From NCBI GenBank assembly GCA_043809645.1, contig JBDROX010000028.1, positions 1-58,611 on the forward strand: a stretch of DNA of 58,611 bases, read 5' to 3'. Below, one piece after another: positions 37,547 to 45,108 of the stretch; the first letter of the stretch is position 1, and every line of letters starts with the position of its first letter. Under the pieces are notes generated by a model. It had not been told where the DNA came from, ran no database searches, and saw only the letters and a list, made by a program, of their open reading frames with translations. The stretch comes from Candidatus Magasanikiibacteriota bacterium. GTDB taxonomy: Bacteria > Patescibacteriota > Patescibacteriia > Magasanikbacterales > UBA922. A program made the position numbers and the translations under genes.

Positions 37547-39109
37547 ATGTCAACATTAAAACCCCAAGTAAGGAGTTTTTTTTATAGCCTTTGTGCTGTC
37601 TTCATGTTTGTAGGCTCATTTCTTGTATCTATTCCTCAGGCACATGCAGAGTCAAAAGAGTTCGTTGGCTCTTTTTCTCCAATCACAACAGTACCGTTTA
37701 TGGATACGAATGGATCTGGGGTTATCTGGTTTGATGCTGGAGCAAACACAATAAAGTATAAAAATGTTACGCTGGGTACAACAGCCGAAATAAAAGATAT
37801 TACTCAATTTAAAGGATTGTCTTTACTTTGGGATGGTATTTATTGGGTTGATGGTTCTGTGTTGTATGAATACAAAATTAGTACAAAGGTGAAGAAACAG
37901 ATGCTTGATCTTTCCACGATAGAGGATATTGAAAAAGATGCAAAGGAATTTTGGCTCAGGACAATGGTTTCTCCGCTCTTTTTTGAATATTCAGTCAGAG
38001 ATAATAGTGGAACCACACACAGAAAACAGTATGATTTCAACACACAGCAAGCATTCGGAGTTACTGGAAGATCTGGAAGTACTCTCTTTGGAGATTCAAA
38101 TGAGTTTTTTAAGAAGAGTGGAGATGCCGCCTCTGATTCGTTTTATGAACTTGCCTATTTGGGTCAACATATTGTTCTTATAGGACATCCTACACAGTTT
38201 GGTGATTCGTACGACGAACTGAGAACAAAGATCGTTCCACTTGGAATTCCTACAACAGTAAAAAGCGGTATACAATTTACAGGTATGTTTCGAGATGGAA
38301 AGTCAGAAAAGGATAGGGCTGTATTTTGGAGATCAACTGGTTTGTATGTACTCAATACAAATACAGGAAATGAGACAAAACAAATTGAGGATTTTTCTCA
38401 ATCAACAAATATAACATGGACAGGATCGGATGCGCTCTGGTCAGTAAAAAAAGCAGATAGTAATTATTACTATTGGTATAACGCAACAATGGATGCTACC
38501 TGCTACTTGGATCAAGATGATTCAATATTGTCATCTAATCCAAATTATAGTCTTACGAATGGATTTCTTTTTTGGTCAACAAATGAAGGAAAAGTATATT
38601 CAAAGAGGCTGGTCTGTACAGATGAACCAGTAGGAAGCACTACGAGTCCAACACCAACGATTACAGCTTCATCAGGTGACTTGATAAAGATGGTTGGAAA
38701 TCCTTCCGTATATTATCTTGGGGCAGACGGGAAACGGTATGTGTTTTACAATGAAAACATTTTTTTGAGCTGGTATACTAGTTTTTCTGGTGTTAAGGAG
38801 TTGTCAAAAAAACAGATGGAAGATATTCTTATTGGTGGAAATGTTACCTATCGACCGGGCAAATTGATCAAGATTACGACAGATCCAAAAGTATATGCAG
38901 TGGATAAAGGGGGAGCATTGCGATGGATAAAGACTGAAGAAGTTGCTGCAGCCCTTTTTGGGAAGTCTTGGGCAGGTCAAATTATTGATGTCCCAGACTT
39001 TCTTTTTGTGAATTATAAGATTGGGAACTCAGTCAATGCTGCTTCAGATTTTAGCCCATATAATGCCAAAATAAATAATTCAACAATCAATATTGACAAA
39101 AGTCTTTAG
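37547..39109 (+). CDS. Secreted hypothetical protein with C-terminal repeats shared with the 31236-33518 protein
   Basis: Signal peptide, then two C-terminal motifs (PSVYYLGADGKRYVF, PKVYAVDKGGALRWI) resembling PTVYVIQDGTKRSF in the carboxypeptidase protein. Confidence 0.55.
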   Translation: MSTLKPQVRSFFYSLCAVFMFVGSFLVSIPQAHAESKEFVGSFSPITTVPFMDTNGSGVIWFDAGANTIKYKNVTLGTTAEIKDITQFKGLSLLWDGIYWVDGSVLYEYKISTKVKKQMLDLSTIEDIEKDAKEFWLRTMVSPLFFEYSVRDNSGTTHRKQYDFNTQQAFGVTGRSGSTLFGDSNEFFKKSGDAASDSFYELAYLGQHIVLIGHPTQFGDSYDELRTKIVPLGIPTTVKSGIQFTGMFRDGKSEKDRAVFWRSTGLYVLNTNTGNETKQIEDFSQSTNITWTGSDALWSVKKADSNYYYWYNATMDATCYLDQDDSILSSNPNYSLTNGFLFWSTNEGKVYSKRLVCTDEPVGSTTSPTPTITASSGDLIKMVGNPSVYYLGADGKRYVFYNENIFLSWYTSFSGVKELSKKQMEDILIGGNVTYRPGKLIKITTDPKVYAVDKGGALRWIKTEEVAAALFGKSWAGQIIDVPDFLFVNYKIGNSVNAASDFSPYNAKINNSTINIDKSL

Positions 39110-39127
39110 TTCTGAAGTAAAAAGAAT

Positions 39128-39156
39128 AAACCTGTGTCTTATGCACAGGTTTTTCT
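39128..39156 (+). terminator. Intrinsic terminator
   Basis: AAACCTGTG-7 nt-CACAGGTTT followed by a T tract. Confidence 0.8.
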
Positions 39157-39233
39157 GATCTACAATTGATGCCGCCATAGAAACAGTGTACTATAGTTAT
39201 AGAGAGGTGAATAAGAAAATAATCACATAGTAT

Positions 39234-39596
39234 ATGAATATCAACATCAAGTCGACAAATATCGAACTCACTGATGCAGTGAAAGAATATGCACTTGAGA
39301 AAATTGGGAGCTTAGAAAAATATTTCGATAATATCCAAGGGGCTGATATCGATCTTGGAATGCACAGTACGCATCATCAGAAAGGAAAGGTGTTTTATGC
39401 AGAAGTGAATATGCTTGTTCCTGGAAAGAAGCTTCGTGTCGTAAAGGACTCAGAGGATCAATACAAAGCCATAGACAAAGTAAAGGATCATCTCAAGGCT
39501 GAATTGGAAAAAATGAAAGGGAAGATGAGGTCATTTGACCAAGAGGAATTGAGGGGGGTGAAAGAATATCAGGAAGAAGATGAAATAGGAAATTAG
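39234..39596 (+). CDS. hpf: Ribosome hibernation promoting factor (HPF/RaiA family)
   Basis: MNINIKSTNIELTDAVKEYALEKIGSLEKYF... is the short-HPF fold sequence. Confidence 0.88.
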   Translation: MNINIKSTNIELTDAVKEYALEKIGSLEKYFDNIQGADIDLGMHSTHHQKGKVFYAEVNMLVPGKKLRVVKDSEDQYKAIDKVKDHLKAELEKMKGKMRSFDQEELRGVKEYQEEDEIGN

Positions 39597-39605
39597 AAAT
39601 TCGGG
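39582..39605 (+). repeat. 7-nt tandem array GAAATAG GAAATTA GAAATTC GGG spanning the hpf stop codon
   Basis: Read directly. Confidence 0.8.
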
Positions 39606-39634
39606 AAAAGAAAAAACCGCCAGTTGGCAGTTTT

Positions 39635-40042
39635 TTACATATGTTTGTCTAGCACTTTGTTCACTTCTGCATCAGCTTCTTTGTTTCCTTCACGCATAGT
39701 ATGCTTGATTGTGACTTTATTAAATTCTTGCATAGCATTCCATGACTGTACAAACAGTTTTTGCATTGACGGATGCTTTACCTTCCATTGTTTATTTAGC
39801 TGTCTTTCTACAAGCATGCTGTCGACGTAGCAGACAACTTCATTAGCACCAAGTGCATGTGCCTTTTTAAATCCAGAGATAACTGCAGAATATTCTGCAA
39901 AATTATTTGTTTGTTTTCCCAGAAATTCTCCGTATGCTTCCAGCACGTTTCCTTTTTCATCTTTTATAACAATACCAGTAGCAGACGGACCAGGGTTACC
40001 GCGTGATCCACCATCACAGTAGATGATTACTTTTTTTGGCAT
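39635..40042 (-). CDS. rnhA: Ribonuclease HI
   Basis: IYCDGGSRGNPGPSATG...TNNFAEYSAVI...VDSMLV catalytic DEDD pattern. Confidence 0.9.
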   Translation of the reverse strand: MPKKVIIYCDGGSRGNPGPSATGIVIKDEKGNVLEAYGEFLGKQTNNFAEYSAVISGFKKAHALGANEVVCYVDSMLVERQLNKQWKVKHPSMQKLFVQSWNAMQEFNKVTIKHTMREGNKEADAEVNKVLDKHM

Positions 40043-40043
40043 A

Positions 40044-41720
40044 CTATTTTTTCTTTAAATCAACAATGAGGAGTTGAAGTTCTCGATTTCCATTCCATTC
40101 ATTCACACCAACTTCAAATACCATATCAATCGTATCTCCTTTTTTGAGTATTCTGCACCAGTCAGGGTCTCCACTATTGCAGAGGCTCCAACCAATAGTC
40201 TTTCGAATTTTTCCACTATCACTGGCAATCATGATCTTGAGATGTGTCTTGTCTTTTCCGACGGGCTGTATATCTCTCACAGTCAGATGTTTAGCGAGGT
40301 ATTTTGGTTTTGGGTTTGCTTGTCCAAATGGGGCGAATTTTTCGAGCGAGTCATAAAGTTCCCAGGTAATATCATCGAGATGTATTTTTGCGTCAATCGC
40401 AAGTTTTGGTGACATATCGAGCCCTTTTGTTTTCTCATGATATTTCGCCATAAGTTTTTCTTTGAATTCTTCCATTAGATCTGTGGATTTCAGTGTAAAA
40501 CCAAACGCCATAGGGTGTCCACCAAATTTTTCAAAAAGGTCAGAAAGCTCGCCAATTGCCTCTATGACATTGAATCCTTCCACACTTCTTCCAGACCCCA
40601 TGAACTGTCCATCATTTTCTGTCATCACAATACATGGTTTGTTATATTTCTCTTTCAGTTTGCTTGACACCAGACCAACGAGGCCAGGTGACCAGTCTTT
40701 GTCAAAAGCAAATAGAATTGGATTGTTCATTTGATGGGCTTCAATACGTTCTATTGCTTTTTTCACATACTGCTCTGTCAGTTTTCTCCTTTCGTCATTT
40801 TCTCTGTTTAGCTCGAATGCAAGATCGGTTGCCTCGATCGGATCATGAGTAACCATGAGTTTGTACGCAACATTTGCATGGTTCAGTCTTCCTGCTGCAT
40901 TGATCTGTGGTGCGATGCGGAATCCAATAGTGTCTGCATCGATCTCACGTTTCATCGAACCATCTTCTTCCTTGATTCCAATTTCAAGAAACATTTTTTG
41001 AAGTCCAATTCGTTTCGTTTTATTGAGCACAATCAGACCATACTTTGTCAGTGTTCTAGATTCCCCAATGAGTGGGACCATATCAGCAACACTGGAGATT
41101 GCGACCATGTCGAGGAGCCATTTTTCATGCACATCGTGTGCTGCTCCGTTTGGAAGTGCAACATTGTTTTCTTTATGTTTTTTGAGTATTCCCTGCGCGA
41201 GTTTGAACGCAACCGCACCGCCTGCGAGACCTTTGTCTGGGTATGTCTCACCTTCAATTTTTGGGTGAATAATCGCAAAAGCATTTGGAACAGTTTCTGG
41301 GATGGAGTGGTGATCTGTAATGATAACGTCTATACCTCCTTCATTTGCTTTTTCAATTTCTGCGAAGTTGCTAATACCACAGTCACATGTAATGAGAATG
41401 TTGGCTTTTTCGTCAATAAAGGTCTGAATATTTTTTTCATTGAGCCCATAGCCATCAGTTTCACGGTGAGGAAGAAACACATCAAAGTTTGTGAAATGGA
41501 GTGCTTCAAAAAGTGTGGCAAGAACTGTGCATCCAGACACACCATCTGCATCATAGTCACCATGGATGATTATTTTTTCATTTTTTTCAATTGCATCAAG
41601 AAGTCTATTTACAGTTTTTTCCATATCTCGAAAAAGAAATGGATCGTGAATATCCTGACTGTAGTCTGGGTTCAGAAATTCATCTATTTGCTTTTGTGTC
41701 CGTATGTCTCTGTGATACAA
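40044..41720 (-). CDS. recJ: Single-stranded-DNA-specific exonuclease RecJ
   Basis: DHH motifs HGDYDADGV, CDCG and TDHH, plus the DHHA1 motif GGHPMAFG. The start is TTG at 41720. Confidence 0.93.
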   Translation of the reverse strand: MYHRDIRTQKQIDEFLNPDYSQDIHDPFLFRDMEKTVNRLLDAIEKNEKIIIHGDYDADGVSGCTVLATLFEALHFTNFDVFLPHRETDGYGLNEKNIQTFIDEKANILITCDCGISNFAEIEKANEGGIDVIITDHHSIPETVPNAFAIIHPKIEGETYPDKGLAGGAVAFKLAQGILKKHKENNVALPNGAAHDVHEKWLLDMVAISSVADMVPLIGESRTLTKYGLIVLNKTKRIGLQKMFLEIGIKEEDGSMKREIDADTIGFRIAPQINAAGRLNHANVAYKLMVTHDPIEATDLAFELNRENDERRKLTEQYVKKAIERIEAHQMNNPILFAFDKDWSPGLVGLVSSKLKEKYNKPCIVMTENDGQFMGSGRSVEGFNVIEAIGELSDLFEKFGGHPMAFGFTLKSTDLMEEFKEKLMAKYHEKTKGLDMSPKLAIDAKIHLDDITWELYDSLEKFAPFGQANPKPKYLAKHLTVRDIQPVGKDKTHLKIMIASDSGKIRKTIGWSLCNSGDPDWCRILKKGDTIDMVFEVGVNEWNGNRELQLLIVDLKKK

Positions 41721-41812
41721 TAAATTTGCTACCGTTTTTGGTAGCTCTGGATGCTCTTCGAAAAATGACAGTGGTGCATCAGTGAGGACTTCCCATTTTT
41801 TTTTGCATAGTC

Positions 41813-41908
41813 TTAATAGAATGCTGGTGCCATGGAGAAAAAGATCATACCAACAATGCCTACAACGCTAATAGCAATCCATAATTTATCTTTGTGTTTT
41901 TGTTTCAT
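41813..41908 (-). CDS. Possible 31-aa single-TM micro-protein
   Basis: MKQKHKDKLWIAISVVGIVGMIFFSMAPAFY. It has a weak SD and is too short to verify. Confidence 0.2.
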   Translation of the reverse strand: MKQKHKDKLWIAISVVGIVGMIFFSMAPAFY

Positions 41909-42059
41909 AGATTAGTTATTCCTATCATTCCGAGGCCTTCTTAGGCTGTAGGAATCTCAGTGTTAATTTTGTGCTGCTTGTTCGAAGGGATTGCGACGTC
42001 GTTCTCCTTCGACTCCGCTTCGCTTTGCTCAGGATCACTCCTCGCAATGACAGGAGAAT

Positions 42060-43859
42060 TTATCTCTTCAAAACTGCCAAGTACGCTTCTGTGGGTATAT
42101 CGACTTTCCCTTTTCCTCTTGCCATCATCTTCTTTTTTCCTTTTTTCTGTTTCTCAAGGAGTTTTCTTTTTCTGGTTACATCTCCACCATAGAGGCCTGC
42201 TGTCACATCTTTTCGAAGGGCGCTCAGACGTTCTCCGGCAATAACTTTTCCTCCAATTGCTGCTTGGATTTTAATGACGAATTGTTGCTTTGGGAGTGTG
42301 TCTCGTAGAGACTTTACAATTTTTTTGCCTGTACGAAATGCTTCTTCTCGCCATACGAGAGAAGAGAGCGCTTCAACTGCTTCCTCTGCAATCAGAATAT
42401 CCATCTTTACTACATCACTCTTCCGATAATCTTTCATTTCATAATTGAGGGATGCATAGCCACTAGTAACGGTCTTTAGTTTATCATAAAAGTCTGTGAT
42501 GAGTGAAGCCAGAGGCATCTCGTAGTGGAGCATGGCTCTTTGGCTGTTTCCAGAACTGAGATATTCTGTGTTTGTGTAAATTCCTTTTCTTTCTGACACC
42601 AGACCCATCACATTACCAATATAGTCTTCTGGTGTAATAATGTCGACATTCATCCATGGTTCCTCTACATGGTTCACGTGCTGTGGTTCCGGAAGGTCTT
42701 GTGGGCTTTTTGCAATGATATCCTCTCCATTTGTTTTGAACACATGATATGCCACACTTGGGACAGTCGCAATAATATGTAAACCGAATTCACGCTTCAG
42801 TCTTTCCTGAAAAATTTCTAGATGCAGCATGCCAAGGAATCCACAACGAAAGCCGAAGCCGAGTGCCTGAGATTGTTCTGGTTCATAAAAAAGTGCAGAG
42901 TCACTGAGCTTCAGTCTGTCCATAGCCTCGCGTAGGCCAGAGTAGCCATCGCCTTCTTTTGGAAAAATGCCTGCGAAGACCATTGGTTTTACTTCCTTAT
43001 ATCCAGGAAGCGCTTTTGTTGCCTGATTTTTTTCAATCGTAATAGTGTCACCAACGCGGACGTCACCGAGTTCTTTGAGTCCTGTGACCACGAAGCCAAT
43101 CTGGCCATTATCAAGGAGTGGGTCTGAAATAAGGGAAGGGGAGTGGTGCCCGATGTCGAGTACTTCTGACGTGCCTTTTGTCTGCATCATGATGATTTTG
43201 TCACCTTTTCTCAGACTTCCGTCCACCATGCGGACAGATGCAATCACGCCGCGATAGTCATCATAAAGAGAATCAAAAATCATGGCGCGTGTTGGAAGAT
43301 CAACTTGCTCAGCAGGAGGTGGAATTCGTTTGATAACTTCTTCTAAAAGTATTTCGACACCCTCTCCAGTTTTTCCAGAACAGGTGAGAATATCTTCTTC
43401 TTTGCATCCGAGCAGATGAATGATTTCCGCACTCGCTTTTTTTACGTCAGCATTTGGAAGATCAATTTTATTCAGCACTGGAATAATGGTGAGGTCTTGC
43501 TCGAGTGCGAGGTAGAGGTTTCCTATCGTCTGTGCTTGCACACCTTGGCTGGCATCAACGAGGAGAATGGCACCTTCGACCGCAGCAAGGGAGCGTGAGA
43601 CTTCATATGTGAAGTCGACGTGACCTGGTGTGTCGATAAGGTTGAGTTCATAGTTGCCAGTTGATAGTTGATAGTTCATGCGAACCGGTTGGAGTTTTAT
43701 GGTAATGCCACGTTCTTGCTCCAATTCCATAGTATCTAGCAGCTGTGCTTTCATGTTTCTCTTTTCTACTGTTCCTGTGAGTTCCAAAAATCGGTCGGCA
43801 AGAGTCGATTTTCCATGGTCAATGTGTGCAATAATACAAAAGTTTCGAATATTCTCCAT
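42060..43859 (-). CDS. lepA: Translation elongation factor 4
   Basis: IAHIDHGKSTLADR, DTPGHVDF, NKIDL and the LepA C-terminal domain. Confidence 0.97.
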   Translation of the reverse strand: MENIRNFCIIAHIDHGKSTLADRFLELTGTVEKRNMKAQLLDTMELEQERGITIKLQPVRMNYQLSTGNYELNLIDTPGHVDFTYEVSRSLAAVEGAILLVDASQGVQAQTIGNLYLALEQDLTIIPVLNKIDLPNADVKKASAEIIHLLGCKEEDILTCSGKTGEGVEILLEEVIKRIPPPAEQVDLPTRAMIFDSLYDDYRGVIASVRMVDGSLRKGDKIIMMQTKGTSEVLDIGHHSPSLISDPLLDNGQIGFVVTGLKELGDVRVGDTITIEKNQATKALPGYKEVKPMVFAGIFPKEGDGYSGLREAMDRLKLSDSALFYEPEQSQALGFGFRCGFLGMLHLEIFQERLKREFGLHIIATVPSVAYHVFKTNGEDIIAKSPQDLPEPQHVNHVEEPWMNVDIITPEDYIGNVMGLVSERKGIYTNTEYLSSGNSQRAMLHYEMPLASLITDFYDKLKTVTSGYASLNYEMKDYRKSDVVKMDILIAEEAVEALSSLVWREEAFRTGKKIVKSLRDTLPKQQFVIKIQAAIGGKVIAGERLSALRKDVTAGLYGGDVTRKRKLLEKQKKGKKKMMARGKGKVDIPTEAYLAVLKR

Positions 43860-43920
43860 GTATATAGTTATTTGATGTATGGATTTTATCTCAATCTAGC
43901 GAAATATGCAAGCCTGAGTC

Positions 43921-43949
43921 TTGACAAAATTGATACATTCTGATATAGT
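43921..43949 (+). promoter_or_regulatory. Near-consensus sigma70 promoter (TTGACA-17 nt-TATAGT) facing the DGR locus
   Basis: The -35 is at 43921-43926 and the -10 at 43944-43949, with a 17-nt spacer. Confidence 0.6.
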
Positions 43950-44115
43950 ACTCAGTCATATTTCAGCTTTCTTTTTGTCTTGTTTTAGCGAAAAAGATAG
44001 AAAGAAGGCTGGGAATATCTCCTGGCTAATGTTGCTCGCGAAGTTAAATCTCTTGTCGGTGTCTACAGGGTGCAGATGCTCATAGAGTGTGCTCGCGGGT
44101 GAAGGAGGACTTGCA

Positions 44116-44718
44116 GTGAGCAAGCCAACATCAAGACAGATGAAGGAGTTCTGGAGCCAGGTCGACGCAGGCCGGATAACTTCGGCCAACTTTCAGGCTT
44201 TCCTGGACAACCCCAACGTGGAAGTCGCCAAGCTGGCCGAATCAACGGTCTGGAAGACCATCGCGCTCGGCACTGGCCCGAAGAGCGGCAAGGCTTACGC
44301 CAAGGCGCTCAAGAAGGCTGGTTGTCGCGTCAGCGACTGGGCTCTCGACATGCTCAATCATGACGAGTTCAAGGTCTCTGAGGGAATGGAGATCGATCTC
44401 GTTTTCCTCTCCGGCTACGACCTCGGCTTCGCTGTGAGTGCTACGCGAGTTCAGATCTACGAGGCCGGTTTGGCTCAGGGCTACGAGCTTTGTCCGCCCG
44501 AGGTCGGTCCAGCGCTGCGACTGCAGTACAAGGATCAGTCAGCCGGCGAGTGGCTGTTCGTGGCGATGGAGTCGATCTCCGACTCGGAGGGCTACCCGGC
44601 CGTGTTCCACGTTGGGTACTATGGCAGTGAGTTGTGGCTGAACAGCAACTACGGCAATCCTGACAATGTCTGGAATTCGAACAACCGTTGGGTCTTCGTC
44701 CGTCCTCGCAAATCTCTT
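44116..44718 (+). CDS. GC-rich ORF encoding a about 200-aa protein whose C-terminus resembles a DGR (C-type-lectin-fold) variable region; no in-frame stop codon
   Basis: GTG at 44116 lies 7 nt after GAAGGAGG. G/C-rich third codon positions contrast with the AT-rich host. The C-terminus reads GYYGSELWLNSNYGNPDNVWNSNNRWVFVRPRK. The frame then runs on through AT-rich DNA to 46095, so the given end coordinate is where the GC-rich part stops. Confidence 0.6.
44600..44709 (+). other. DGR template-repeat-like or naive variable-repeat-like tract (AAY-codon rich)
   Basis: AAC AGC AAC TAC GGC AAT CCT GAC AAT GTC TGG AAT TCG AAC AAC has 7 AAY codons in 15, followed by the invariant-looking CGT TGG GTC TTC GTC CGT. 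Confidence 0.5.
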
Positions 44719-44722
44719 CATT

Positions 44723-44752
44723 CCCCGATTTTTTTGTCGGGGTTTTCTTTCT
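44723..44752 (+). terminator. GC hairpin CCCCGA-8 nt-TCGGGG followed by a T-rich tract (terminator and/or DGR target-site hairpin)
   Basis: Read directly. It sits 13 nt after the end of the GC-rich tract, between the convergent GC-rich ORF and avd. Confidence 0.5.
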
Positions 44753-45104
44753 ACCTTCTTATCCATCCCCCAAGCATTCGTCCGACCTCTTGTAATTTTT
44801 TTGAGATTTCCATATATTTTTTATTTCCTATCATGTCTATTTCCCACAAGAGTTGTACAAAGAATTTTAGAGAGTCAAACTTCGTATTTAGCACTTTCAG
44901 TTTTTCGGGTGTTTTATCTTTTGGTGCGTACTGTGCTTCAAGTGCACAGGCGAGACAGTCGGTAAATAATGCATCAATTTTTGCACCAAGGGTGTGGCGA
45001 GAGAATTTTGGAAGGTTGATCGTATATCCATGCCACACTTTATACACTTCTTTTAATGCAATAATGAGAGGTGTGCCAAAACTCCGTCGGGGGGGGGCTT
45101 TCAT
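44751..45104 (-). CDS. avd: DGR accessory variability determinant (Avd), four-helix-bundle protein
   Basis: 117 aa. The helix pattern and C-terminal ISKKLQEVGRMLGGWIRR closely resemble Bordetella bAvd (...IAEVGRILGSWIAR). It is adjacent to the DGR RT. Confidence 0.75.
   Translation of the reverse strand: MKAPPRRSFGTPLIIALKEVYKVWHGYTINLPKFSRHTLGAKIDALFTDCLACALEAQYAPKDKTPEKLKVLNTKFDSLKFFVQLLWEIDMIGNKKYMEISKKLQEVGRMLGGWIRR
45089..45097. repeat. G9/C9 homopolymer in codons 3-5 of avd, 12 nt upstream of the RT ATG
   Basis: Read directly (cgtcGGGGGGGGGcttt). It is the longest G/C homopolymer I noticed in this AT-rich window. Confidence 0.95.
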
Positions 45105-45108
45105 TGGT

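Noticed and set aside
12320-39605. Heptamer arrays as CRISPR arrays
   Set aside because: The units are 7 nt with no spacers, and the arrays are 24-37 nt long and lie inside ORFs. No cas genes are present.
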